A stretch of 64,000 nucleotides of DNA from assembly GCA_963751505.1 (NCBI GenBank), contig CAVVUM010000013.1, positions 4,053 to 68,052 of the forward strand. Direction: 5' to 3'. The first letter of the stretch is position 1. Every line of letters begins with the position of its first letter. The notes beneath the pieces were generated by a model, which saw nothing but the letters and a program-made list of their open reading frames with translations, was not told where the DNA came from and ran no database searches. Shown here piece after piece: positions 1 to 10,927 of this stretch. Made by a program: the position numbers and the translations under genes. This stretch comes from an uncultured Coriobacteriia bacterium (GTDB lineage: Bacteria > Actinomycetota > Coriobacteriia > Anaerosomatales > PHET01).

Positions 1-13
1 TCGCTCACGCCGG

Positions 14-851
14 TCACACGTCCTGCCCGACAGCGCACGAGGCGATCGCGTAGCGCTCGCCGACCTCGGCGAGGCCGCAGCGAGCGTACAGGGCGCGCGA
101 CGCCGCGTTGCCCTCCTGCGTGCAGAGGCTCACAACGAAGGCGCGCTCGATCGACCGCGGCAGCCGCGGCGTCAGCAAGGAGCGCGGATGCCGACGCCTT
201 GGCGGCGGGCCGCCGGGTCCACCGCGAGGCGCCCGATCGTGCACGTGCCCGCGAACACGTTGCTCGTCGCGTAGCCCACGACCGTGCCCGCGTCATCTGC
301 CGCCACTGTCACCCGGTCGTCGCGCAGGCGACTCGCGTCAGCTCCGCGCGGCCGTAGCGCCAGAAGTCATCGAAACACGCGGCGTCGACCGCGAGCAGGT
401 CTGTCCAGGTCCGAGCGCTCGGCGGGCCGAAGCCTCACGCCGCTCGCGCGAGCCGTCTGCGCCGGCCAATCGATCGACACTGCCCTGCAGCGCGACGACG
501 TACTCGACGACCGCCATCCCGGACTCCAGGTACGCGCCGAGCGCGCGCTCGGGAACGAGCGGAGAGAGCACGCGGGCGAAGCCGTGCGCGCGGTGCGGTC
601 TCGAGCGCCTCGACGAGCGCGCCCCCGAGCCGAGCCGGCGGCGCCCACACCGCCCGTATCGCGAGCGCGTCGGACTCGGCCCGCCAACGGCGTAGGAGCA
701 GCGCGTCGCCGGCGTCGGAGACCCTCAGCGCCCACGGGGCCCGCGACCACTCGGCCTGCAGCTGCTCGAACGTGCGGGCCGCCCGCAGGGCCCGAGCGGC
801 CGGCCACAGCCGCGCGACCTCTTCGGCGCGTGCGGGGCGCCAGCGGTTCAT
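14..851 (-). CDS. GNAT family N-acetyltransferase (RimI-like C-terminus), frameshifted
   Basis: Pieces across frames: MNRWRPARAEEV..., VRLRPAERSDLD..., SLCTQEGNAASRALYARCG (GNAT N-x-x-A/S-x-x-LY-x-x-x-G motif). The ATG overlaps the stop of the upstream gene (ATGA at 848-851). Confidence 0.6.
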
Positions 852-1652
852 GACCGCGCGAGCACGAGCTCGCTCGCAGCGAGCCAGAGCCCGGTCAGGG
901 CCAGCAGGGATGGCGAAGCCAAGCCGAAGAGCGCGGTCGCTCGCGCCAAGACCGATCCGCGAGCCCACGACGGCGCCGGGGATCGCGCCGATGGTGAGCC
1001 CTGCGGCGATCGCCCAGTCGACGTTGCCGATCACCGCGTGTGTGATCGCCCCGGGTACAGCGAGGATCGCGATCGCCACGAGCGAGGTGCCGATCGCGCG
1101 CTTCATGGGGTAGCGCAGCCAGCGAGTGAGCAGCGGCACCAGCACGAACCCGCCGCCGAGGCCGAGGAAGCCCGAGTAGAGCCCGGTGGCGGCGCCGGCG
1201 CCGACGAGCTGTCCGCGCTGCGGCTCCGGGGCGGGGCCGGACGCGTCCTCTGCCGCTGCATCCCCGACCTCGCGCGCGGGCTGGGGCGGGCGCAACACCT
1301 GCCGCGCCATGTCGGCGGCCATGACCAGGATGAGCACGGCTGTGGCAACCAGCACGAACGTTCCGCCGACGAGCCGCGTGAGCCAGGCCCCGACGACCGC
1401 CGTGAGCGCACCAGCGAGCCCGAGCGTCACGCCGCCACGCAGGTCGCAGACGCGAGCGCGAGCGTACGAGATCGCGCCGGTGACGACACTCGGGATGAGC
1501 GCGACGAGCGGCGTGCCGACGGCGACCAGCGCGGGGGCACCGAGCAGCAGTCGGATGGCCGGGGTCGTGATCACGCCGCCGCCGATGCCGAACATGCCGG
1601 AGAGCACCCCGGACGCGAAGCCGATCGCCACCGTCGCGAGGAACTCCGGCAC
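848..1652 (-). CDS. Sulfite exporter TauE/SafE (TSUP) family membrane protein
   Basis: Two GxxSGxxGxGGG repeats (GVLSGMFGIGGG, GLYSGFLGLGGG), AVGT/AIGTS motifs and multiple TM helices. Indel near the C-terminus. Confidence 0.85.
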
Positions 1653-1659
1653 GGCGAGC

Positions 1660-2914
1660 CTACTCGGGCGGGACGACCGGGAACCGCCCGGTGATGGCGG
1701 TCCTGTCGACGCGACGCTCGCCGGTGAAGAGCGTGCGCAGCGCGACGTCGTCGTAGAGCCGCTCCATCATCATGGGCCAGCGGCGCTGGAACTCGAAGTA
1801 GTTCTGGCAGCTCTCGCGCGCGTAGGCACCGGCATCTCGCGTCGCGTGGAGCGCCGAGTTGAAGTACCGGCTCCTCTCGGGCCCTGCGACCGCGCGCAAC
1901 AGCGCGGTCACGAACGCGCGCCAGCCGACCGACGAGTCGATGAAGTCGCCCGGGTAGGGGGCCATCGACTTGGGCGTGACCGGCCTGAGGTCGACCTGCG
2001 ACTTCGCGAACTCGATCTTGCGGTGCTCGTAGACGAAGCGGTAGACATCCTGCCGGAAACGCAGCGCCTCGCTCACCGGTTCGGGCGGAAGGTGCATCGA
2101 CCTTCCACTCATCGTCGATGAAGACGTCTCCGCCGTGCATGCGCACGTTGATGACGTAGTCGATGTCCTCACCGCGCGTGACCCACGGATCGAAGCTCAC
2201 CGCCGAGTACATGTCGCGATGCACCGCGAACAGCCCGCCGAACGCGATGCGTGCGCGCTGGATCCTCGGCGGCTTGAGCACGACATCAAGTGCCTTGTTG
2301 AAGGCGTCCTTCTGCCGCCAGAAGATGTTGGCCCAGTGGGGATCCTCGTGCCGCTGCCAGCGCCCCTGCTCGTCCACGTAGTAGCCCGACTTGGCGAGGA
2401 GCGGCGTGCCGTCCTGCAGCTGAGCGCCGAGCCCGTAGAGCGCGGTCTCGAGGAAGTCCTCGTCGAGCACGACCTCGTCGTCGTCGAGGAAGATGGCGGC
2501 GTCGTGCCCGAGCACCGCCGCGGCGATGAGGCCGACGTTGCGCACCGCGCCGTAGCCGGTGAGCGTGACGCCCTCGATCATGTCGGCGAACTCGAGCTGC
2601 TCGAGCCGGCGGTGCAGCGAGCCCATCTCGGCGGGCCCGAAGACGATCGCGTCGATGTCGGGGAAATCGTCGACGATCTCGCGCACGCGGTCCTCGGCCT
2701 GATGAGCGATGGACTCGTCGGTGACCGCGACGATCACGACGACCCGACCGAGCCCGCGCACCTGCCGCAGCGACTCAAGGCACTGCGCGAGCGAGCCGTC
2801 TTCGTTCAGCGGCGTCGGATGGTCGTAGATGGCGGCCATCTCGTCGATGGTCGAGCGGCCCCTGCTGCCTCGGCGGCGAGTCCAGAATGTCGGGATGACT
2901 ACGACTGGTTCCAC
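1660..2914 (-). CDS. GT-A fold (family 2-like) glycosyltransferase, frameshifted near 2100
   Basis: VVVIPT start, GYGAVRNVG, FLDDD (DxD), FGG and GEDID motifs. ORFs 1571..2914 and 1660..2172 join. Confidence 0.75.
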
Positions 2915-3021
2915 AGGCTACAAGCTCCCGGTGTACGTTGCTGTCCGCGGTCGGATGACCCGCTCGCGCCGGCCGGTCGGCCGACCCGCACCATGATACC
3001 CGAGCGCCAGCGAGCGCGGCG

Positions 3022-3697
3022 TCAGCGCTCGATGGCCGGCGGCGCACCCTCGATGCTCTCGGCGGTGACCAGGCACCGCTCGAGTGCCTCCTCCAGCACC
3101 CGATACGGCCGACTGCCGATGAGCAGCTCGTTGCAGACGAGCGCCGAGGGCGTCGCGCTGATCCCCATCGACAGCGCAAGGTGGTAGAACTGGTGGAGCC
3201 GCTCGTCGTAGCGGCCGTCGCGCAGTGCTTCTGCGACATCGTCGGTGTCGAAGCCCTGCTCGCCTGCGATCTGCAAGCAACACCGCGCGATCACCGATAT
3301 CGCGGCCGCCCGCATTGTAGGCAGCGAAGATGGCCTCGTGGACCGCCTCGTGCGCCTCGGGACCGGTGTCGCGCCCGTACTCGCCGAGCGCGAGCGCGAG
3401 ATGCGTGTTGGGCACGAGCTGCGGGAAGGTGAGACCGAGCCCGCCCTCGCGCGCCATGCGCTCCATGTGCTCGACGACATGCTCGGAGTGCGCGGCCCCC
3501 AGCTCGCTCACGTCGATGCCTTCCGGCGGGAGTGCGGGACGCAGCTCGTAGGGCACGAGGAAGAGCTCCGCGCCCTGCTCGGCGCGCAGGCGCTTGAAGC
3601 GCGGCCAGTCCAGATAGCAGAACTGGCACGCGTAGTCGAAGAAGACCAGCACCCGCGGGACCACCGGTGCCTTCGGGGCCTGCTCCGCTTCAGTCAC
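3022..3697 (-). CDS. DsbA/FrnE-like thioredoxin-fold oxidoreductase, frameshifted near 3280
   Basis: FFDYACQFCY (CxxC), ELRP, PNTHLA, GRDIGD, then GISATPS...IGSRPY in the second frame. Confidence 0.8.
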
Positions 3698-3724
3698 GGT
3701 CCCTCTCCCTCTCCTCGTGGACTG

Positions 3725-4763
3725 TCAGGACGGCTCGGCGGCCGGACCCGTGACGATCCCCAGATGCGCGCCACAGGCGCTGCACTCCCCGCCCGCACCG
3801 AGTCCGCGCGCCGTCACAGCGTACCCCGTCCGGGCGACCGCGACCGCCCCGCACGCCGGGCACACGGTGTCCTCGCCGCCGGGAACCGATACGTTGCCCA
3901 AGTAGACGTACTTCAACCCCTGCTCGCGCCCGATCTCACGCGCACGCTCGAGCGTCGCGACCGGCGTCGGCGACAGGTGGGCGAACTCGAGATACGGCAC
4001 GAACCGCGTTACGTGCCACGGCGTCTCGGGCCCAAGCGCGCCGCTGATCCAGCGCAGCGATCGCCGAGAGCTCCTCATCGGAGTCGTTGATCGTGGGGAC
4101 CACGTTGGTGACGCACTCGACGTGCATCCCGTGCACGCGCTTGGCCCGCTCGGCCTGCTCCCGCACGGCCTCGGCGTGGCGGACCTTGCACAGCGCACGA
4201 AACGCCTCTTCCGAGAAGCCCTTGATGTCGACGCGCCAGACGTCGATCACTTCTGCGAACAGGTCGAGCCCGGCCGCGGTCACGTAGCCGTTGGTCACCA
4301 TCACGGTATAGAGCCCCGCCGAGCGGGCCGCGCGGGCCGCATCGAGCACCCACTCGAGCCAGATCACCGGCTCGTTGTAGGTGAAGGCGACGCCGGCGCA
4401 GCCGGTCTCCTCGGCAAGCGCGACGACCGAATCGGGGTCGACGAACCGGAGCGGCACCGACCCGTCGTCGCCCTTCGGCCGCGAGATCTGCCAGTTCTGG
4501 CAGTGGCCGCAGCGCATGGAGCAGCCGACCGAGCCGAACGAGAGCACGCGGGTGCCGGGCCGGTAGTGAAAGACCGGCTTCTTCTCGATCGGATCGGCGG
4601 CAAGCGAGCTCACGAGCCCGTAGGTGAGCGCCTTGAGCGAGCCGTCCACGACGCCGCGGGCACCACACACGCCGTGCGCGCCCTCGGCGATGAGGCAGGC
4701 GTGGGGACACAGGCCGCAGCGGATGCGGTCGCCCTCGCGTGACTGCAGGAGTGCCTCGTGCAT
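3725..4763 (-). CDS. amrS: AmmeMemoRadiSam system radical SAM enzyme, frameshifted near 4050
   Basis: N-terminal CxxCPHxC...GxCG, DPIEKKP, GCSMRCGHCQNWQIS (CxxxCxxC), FTYNEP, VTNGY; C-terminal PWHVTRF...YVYLGNV...CPAC. Confidence 0.9.
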
Positions 4764-4811
4764 CTCGGTCGACCTCCGATCGGGCGAATCGCTCGCGCTC
4801 CCGAAGAGAGG

Positions 4812-6612
4812 TTACCCAGCCGAGAGCTCGACCCTGTTGCGTCCCGCACGTTTCGCGCGATAGAGCGCCTTGTCGGCGGTGTCCATGAGGTCCGCCGGGT
4901 GAAGGATCCGCTCGCTCACCGCGGCGATGCCCATCGACGAGCTCGTGCGCACGCAGGTCCCGTCCTCGGCATAGATGCCGAGCTGGGCGATGGAGGTGCG
5001 GATCTTCTCGGCGACCGCCCACGCATCGGTCTTGGGGGTGTTCGGCAGGATGAGGGCGAACTCGTCGCCGCCGAAGCGGACCGCGACGTCCGCGGTACGC
5101 AGCTCCGCGTTGAGCAGCACGCCGACCGCGCGCAGCAGCGCGTCGCCGGTGGCGTGCCCGTACTTGTCGTTGATGTCCTTGAACGAGTCGAGGTCCATCA
5201 TCACGAGCGAGAGCGGCGTGTCGTAGCGCCGGGCGCGCGCGACTTCCTCGGCAAGACGACGATCGAATCCGCGCCGGTTGGTGAGCCCGGTGAGCGTGTC
5301 GATGACGGCCGCCTCGACGAGCTGCTCGCGCTCGCGCTCGAGGCGGCGCTTCTGCAGCGGGAAGCACATCTCCCAGGTCGATGCGCCGGCGATGATCGGC
5401 CTCGGCGAGCTCGATGCAGGTGCGGTAGCCGCAGGCGCCGCAGTCGATGGTCTCGGCGCGGCTCTCGAACTCGCCTCGGGCGAGCTCTGCGTCGATCTGG
5501 GCATCGGTCGCCGTGTGGCGCGGCGCCGCGGCGGGCTCGAACGCCCGGTCGAGCGTCACGCCGGGGAGCGCATCGAGCAGCGTCTGGCTGTCGACGAGCG
5601 ACGGGGGCTGACGCCGCCGCTCGGCAGCGTCGATGCCGCGCTTCGCGAACACCGACAGGCAGCGGTTCACGCACGGGCCGTCGATGCAGCCCTCGCAGTT
5701 GAGCATGTCGACGACGGCCGGCGTCGTCTCGCCGCGACCGATCGCGACGAGCAGCCGGTCCAGCTCGGCCAGCCCCCGCGAGACGACGACGTCGCCGTTC
5801 GTGAGGTTACGATCCGTGAGCGCCTTGCGCGGGAAGCCGTCGGTGGCGGAGCGCTCCTTGGTCGCTTGAGGCCGCACCACCTCGCGCTCGGGTGGCGGGG
5901 GCTCCTCGGTCTCGGCAAGCAGCAGCTCGAGCTCGTCGAAGCCGATGGCGACGTCGACGTCACCGCCGGCCGCAGGCTCGAGCGCCTCGTCCTTGCGTGA
6001 CCAGCACGGCGAGACGTAGACGACCGCGGTGTCGTCGGGGTAGAGGGCGCGGATGAGCCGCGCCTGGGCGAGGTAGGGCGACACCACCGGGACGAGCGCG
6101 TCGGCAAGCCCCGGGTGGAAGAAGCGGACCCAGTCGACCGCAACGGGACAGGTGGAGCGCAGCCTCAGCTTGCCGACACCGTCCTCGGCGAGCAGCCGCT
6201 CGTACTCGGCCGCGACGAGCTCCTCGCCGAGCACGGTGGTCTCGACCGCCGAGAACCCCGCGGCGATCAGGCGCCGATCGACCTCCACGGGCGTCATCGG
6301 GTGCAGCGCTGCGACGTATTCGCTCGCAAGCAGCGCGACGACCGGGCGGCCCGAGGCGAGCAGCTGGCGGGCGCGCACAAGGTCGTCGCGGACGCGGATC
6401 GCGTCGTGCCGGCACTCGGTGACGCACAGACCGCACTTCACGCACCGCTCGTCGATGATCTCGCAGCGGCCCTCGATCACGCGGATCGCGTGCGCGGGGC
6501 AGTGACGGACGCACGCCCAGCAGTGGACGCAGGCGTCCTCGTCGATGGCGAGCAGCGGCCCGTGGGGCGCGACAACGCGCGAGAGCCGCAGCTCACGTTC
6601 GGCTTGCGCCAT
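4812..6612 (-). CDS. [FeFe]-hydrogenase-like (group C sensory type) Fe-S domain fused to GGDEF diguanylate cyclase, frameshifted near 5397
   Basis: 2x[4Fe-4S] ferredoxin motifs; H-domain motifs STCP, SPCWSRKDE and DMLNCEGCIDG; C-terminal Fe-S motif DCGACGYRTC...MCFP; then DTLTGLTNRR, FKDINDKYGH and RTADVAVRFGGDEF. Confidence 0.85.
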
Positions 6613-6626
6613 CTAGTCGCCTCCCC

Positions 6627-7193
6627 TCACGAGCGTCTCGCCAGCGCCTCGGCGAGCCCGAGCTTGCGCAGGGCGGCAAGCAGGCCCCAGCCGAGCGTGT
6701 ACATGACCACGGCCTCGCCGACCCCTACCGCGACCACACCCACAAGGTACATTGCCAGCCAGGAACCTTCTACGTCGAACCCAAGTAGAGGCACCTGGTA
6801 GAGGCCGAGCCCCGCAAGCAGGAACGGCAGGTAGGCCGGGACGATGAGTGCGTTGGCGATCACCGGCCCGGCGAGCCCGAGGGGCGTGTTCGCGCGGAAC
6901 CGCCAGGTCCACCAGGCGCCCAGTAGCGTTCCGAGCGAGCCGAAGACCACGTCGAGCAGGCCGAGGGCGTTCCCGGTCGCCGCCACGGTGTAGGCGTTCG
7001 CGATCACCGAGCCCAGCGCCAGCCCTGGGATGGCGGCCGGGGTGAAGAAGGCCACCACCGTGAGGGCCTCGCTGATCCGCAGCTGCAAGAGGCCCCAGGA
7101 GAACACGCCCAGGACCTGGGTGACGACGATCGTGACCGCAGCATAGACGGCGGCGATCATCCCGGCCTGGGTGATGTAGCGGACCCTGCTCAC
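6627..7193 (-). CDS. queT: QueT family queuosine-precursor transporter (ECF S-component)
   Basis: AGMIAAVYAAVT, LQLRISEAL, PAAIPGLALGSVIAN, DVVFGSLGTL and PVIANALIV motifs typical of QueT. Confidence 0.85.
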   Translation of the reverse strand: MSRVRYITQAGMIAAVYAAVTIVVTQVLGVFSWGLLQLRISEALTVVAFFTPAAIPGLALGSVIANAYTVAATGNALGLLDVVFGSLGTLLGAWWTWRFRANTPLGLAGPVIANALIVPAYLPFLLAGLGLYQVPLLGFDVEGSWLAMYLVGVVAVGVGEAVVMYTLGWGLLAALRKLGLAEALARRS

Positions 7194-7248
7194 GCCTCTC
7201 CCTGCTCCGCAGCCGGCCTGTGTGAGTCGGCCTCATCGGTAGCGGTCG

Positions 7249-7257
7249 ATTCTAGCA
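7249..7257 (-). promoter_or_regulatory. Extended -10 promoter (TGCTAGAAT) upstream of queT
   Basis: TGn-TAGAAT on the minus strand about 55 nt upstream of the queT start. Confidence 0.45.
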
Positions 7258-7275
7258 GGGGGGCTGAAGCAGCCG

Positions 7276-9350
7276 CTATGCGGGCAGCTCGGCGCGACCA
7301 CGCGTGTTCTCCCCCGCGAGCAGCCCCGTCATGCCCGCGAGCGCCATGCGCTCGAGCACCGAGAACAGCGCGACGACGGCCTGCGGATCGAAGCGAGTGC
7401 CGGAGTCCTTCGCGATGGCCCCACGCGCTTGCACGACCGAGAGCCTGCGCGAGCGCCCGCGTCCGGTCGTGAGTGCGTCGTACTCGTCGGCGACGGCAAG
7501 CACGCGTGCGGGTAGCGGGATCGCGGTCCCGGCGAGGCCCTGCGGCCAGCCGTGGCCGTCCCACTGCTCATGGTGGTGTAGCACGATCGGCGTAAGCGAC
7601 TTCAGGAAGTCGATCTGGTCGAGTACCGAGGAGCCCAGTTCGAGTCGCTGGTCCCCGGCGACGATCTCCTCGGCGGTCAGCGATCTGGGCCGCAGCGTGA
7701 TCTCCTCGACGAGCCCGGCACCACCCACATCGTGCAGCAGGCCCGCGAAGCGCAGCTGCTCGAGATCGTCAGCGGACAGCCCGAGTTCATCGCCGATAGC
7801 GAGCGCGAAGTCCATCACCTTGCCCGAGCGACTGTTCACCGACGGCGAGACGCGGTCGAGCGAAGCGGAAAGCGCGGCGATCGTGCCTGCGTAGTCGTCG
7901 CGGATGCGCGTGAACAGCGCCGCCCGCCCGAAGGCCGCTCCCGCGTGCATCGCGATCCCTTCAAGCAGCGCACGGTCCTGCGCGCAGTAGCGCTGCCCGT
8001 CGCTGCGCGCCACGAAGAGCGTGCCGACCGTCAGCTCGCCGTACGAGAACTCGCACGACGCGATCGCCCAGTCGTCGGCGCACTCGGTGGCGGCCGACGC
8101 GTCGCCGACGGTGTTGACCTCGTCGAACGGGTCGCGGGCCAGGTCGCGGCCGGACACGACCCCGAGCACGTGGTCGAGATCGGCCGCCGCGACGGTGCCT
8201 TCGACCATCACGTCGGCGCGGTCCTTGCCCCAGCCCGCGAGCACGGTGCCGGCGACCTCGAAGCCGAAGCCTTGCGAGAGCGCGCCGTTGACGACGCGAG
8301 CGACCTCGGCAGTGTCGGTCTGGCCGCCGAGCAGCGCGGCCAACTCGCTCAGCTGCGCGTAGCCCGCTCATCGCGCGGTCGGCCCGCGCGCGCTCGTCCT
8401 CGCGCTCGAGCGCGATGGCGACGAACTGGGTGAAGCGGCTGAGCCGACTGAGCTGTTCCTTGGGCACCGGCAGGGCCGAGGAGTCGAGCCGCACCTCAAG
8501 GACGCCGACGACCCTCTGGGCGACCAGGAGTGGCATCGCCAGCGTCGAGGTCGTCTTGCTGTTCGTCGGCGCGACGACCGCACGCCGGGTCTCGAATGCC
8601 CGCCCGGACGCGGTCGAGGCGCGCGGGACGATGGCGCCGAGCGGGCCGCGCCACCGCCTCGGTGCGTGCGACGACCTCGAGCTCGGCCCCGTGCGGCCGA
8701 AGCACCGCCCCGGCCTCGCCGCCGATGAGCGCGACCGCCTCCTCGGCGATCGCGCCGAGCGAACCGGAGTCCAGATGCTCGGCCGCGGCGACTTGCGCCC
8801 CGGTCGAGACGAAGAGTTTGAGCTCCTGGACGCGATCGGCAGACGCGATCCGCTCGGCGGTCGCGTCGATGACGGTGACGGCTGTCGAGACGGCAACCTG
8901 CAGGAAGGACTCGGCCTGGCGTCGCGAGACCACCGGCAGCCCCTTGATGGCGCGACGGGCGGCGTCTTCGCCGACACCGCGCACGAGGAGGCGCTCGTAG
9001 AGGCCGCGGCGCTCGCGGGTGGAGGTCACGAAGCCGCCGATGACCACGTGGCCGAGTACCCGTCCGTTGCGCTCGACCGGCGCGAAGAGCGCTGCAAGCC
9101 CCGCGCGACAGACCGCGCGACCCGCCTGCGGGTCGATCGCCTCGTCGAAGCACTGGGCGGGCCCGGGCTCCTCGACGTCGGTCGCGAGATGGCAGCCGGT
9201 GCAGCGCGTTCCCGCGCAGAGCGAACGGACGCCTTCGAAGTCCATGGCGTTGACGGTCACACCGGTCGCCTGGAACAAGGCGTCGGCGGCGCTTCGCCAC
9301 TCTGCAGTGGCGAACGCTCGACCTGCGATGTCGCGGTCGCTGGCTGGCAC
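7276..9350 (-). CDS. PocR-GAF-GAF-HD-GYP signalling protein (degenerate HD-GYP), frameshifted
   Basis: PocR signature (C...QCFD...CRAGLAALFAPV...GHVVIGG), GAF-like LAMPLLVAQRVVGVLEV, LLHDVG and HHHEQWDGHGWP. Joins ORFs 8496..9350, part of 7961..8977 and 7276..8343. Confidence 0.75.
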
Positions 9351-9389
9351 GCAGATACCCCTTTGCGCGATTCATTGCGTTCTCAGGAG

Positions 9390-9418
9390 TTATCGGCGTG
9401 CGCAAGGGCGCCCTTGAG
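9390..9418 (-). promoter_or_regulatory. Sigma28 (FliA/WhiG)-type promoter CTCAAG-N15-GCCGATAA
   Basis: Perfect GCCGATAA -10 element with TCAAG at canonical spacing, 40 nt upstream of the HD-GYP gene. Confidence 0.65.
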
Positions 9419-9442
9419 CAGGGGGAGGCGCGCGCAGCCCCG

Positions 9443-10927
9443 CTAGACGCGACCTCGCGGGACCTCGATGGTGAACATCGTCCCCTGGCCGACGATGCTC
9501 TCGACCGCGATGGTGCCGCCCATGCTGTCGACGATGGTCTTGGCGATGGCCAGACCGAGCCCGAACCCCGCCTCGCCTTCGGCTCGCGCCTTGTCGCTTC
9601 GGAAGAAGCGGTCGAAGACGCGCGGCACGTCCTGCTCGGCTATGCCCTCGCCGCTATCGCTCACCGTGATGATCACCGTGTCGCGGCGTCCGGTCGTCGT
9701 GACGACCACCTGCCCGTGCTCCGGCGTGTACTTACCCGCGTTGTCGAGCAGGATGGAGAGCACGTCTTCGACCCGGTCCGGGTCGCCGATCATGACCAGC
9801 GACTCCTCTTCGGGACCGACGAACTCGATGTCCTTGTCGAGGTAGCGGCTGGCGGTGGTCGCCAATCGCTCTCGGGCCACCACGTTCAGGTCGAACCGCT
9901 CGGCGGCAAGCACGAGCCCTTGATCGGCGTGAAGCAGGTTGAGCAGGTCGCTCGAAAGGCGCGCCATCCGTCGCGACTCGCGGTCGATCGCGTCGATCGC
10001 CTCCTCGCGTACCTTGACGTCCTCGCCGCCCCACGCGCGCAGGATCGAGGTGTAGCCGCGGATGCCCGCGACCGGCGTCGCAAGCTCGTGCGAAGCGTCT
10101 GCCACGAAACGGCTCTGCGCCTCGGCTCTGCGCTGGAGCCGACCGATGAGCCGGTTGATGGAGCGAGCGAGCTCGCCGACCTCGTTGCGGGCCTCGTCGG
10201 GCAGCCGCTCATCGAGCCGCCCCGCATCAATGGAGTCGGCGGCCTTGCGCAGGTCGTCGACGAGGTTCAGGACCCACGCCATCGAGGTCTGCATGAGCAC
10301 GACCATGATGAGCATCGCCGAGAACGCCAGAATCGCCATCGGCACGCGGATGGCGTCGATGACGTTCGTCTCGCTCTCCGGCACGTAGGTCACATCCAGC
10401 ACGCCAGTGCGTCCGCCGGGCAGGCTGAGCGGGTTGTGGACGACCGTGGCCCCGAGCTGGGCCTGCCTGAACAGGCCCGCAAGCAGACCGCCGTTCGACA
10501 GATTCGAGAAGGTCGGGGTGCCGGTCTGCGCGGCCTGGCTGCGCTTGATGAGCTGCGCCGGATGGATGGCCTCGGGGCTCGAACTCCAGAAGACCTCGGG
10601 GCCGTCCTCATAGATGGCGAACTCGGCATCCGTGAGCCCGGCCTCTTCGAGCAGCGCGCTCAGGCGCTTGCCGAGAATCTGGTCGGCCTCCGCGATCTTC
10701 CGGTCGCTTCCCAGGCCACGCGCCTCGGCACGGGCCTCGGCCTGAGCGGCAGCCTCCTCGATCGCGGCCACCGCGGCGGTCGCCTCGCGCTGGGCGGTGT
10801 CGAACGCCACGACGCGCATGCCGTCGGCGACGATGATGTAGGTGGTGAGCGCAACGCCGCCCACGACGAGCACCGCGAACAGCACCGAGACGATGAGCAG
10901 CCAGCCCCGTAGTGACAGCCTGCCCAT
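9443..10927 (-). CDS. HAMP-domain sensor histidine kinase
   Basis: Two TM helices, HAMP domain, FVADASHELATP H-box, LLDNAGKY N-box, DSGEGI and GFGLGLAI G-boxes. Confidence 0.95.
   Translation of the reverse strand: MGRLSLRGWLLIVSVLFAVLVVGGVALTTYIIVADGMRVVAFDTAQREATAAVAAIEEAAAQAEARAEARGLGSDRKIAEADQILGKRLSALLEEAGLTDAEFAIYEDGPEVFWSSSPEAIHPAQLIKRSQAAQTGTPTFSNLSNGGLLAGLFRQAQLGATVVHNPLSLPGGRTGVLDVTYVPESETNVIDAIRVPMAILAFSAMLIMVVLMQTSMAWVLNLVDDLRKAADSIDAGRLDERLPDEARNEVGELARSINRLIGRLQRRAEAQSRFVADASHELATPVAGIRGYTSILRAWGGEDVKVREEAIDAIDRESRRMARLSSDLLNLLHADQGLVLAAERFDLNVVARERLATTASRYLDKDIEFVGPEEESLVMIGDPDRVEDVLSILLDNAGKYTPEHGQVVVTTTGRRDTVIITVSDSGEGIAEQDVPRVFDRFFRSDKARAEGEAGFGLGLAIAKTIVDSMGGTIAVESIVGQGTMFTIEVPRGRV

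Noticed and set aside
9398-10912. Long + strand ORF (504 aa) and many similar long ORFs (e.g. 17300..18580, 18340..19770, 31920..33068, 37866..39464)
   Set aside because: Antisense or alternate-frame shadows of well-supported genes. They are expected at high GC because stops are scarce, and they carry no recognisable motifs.
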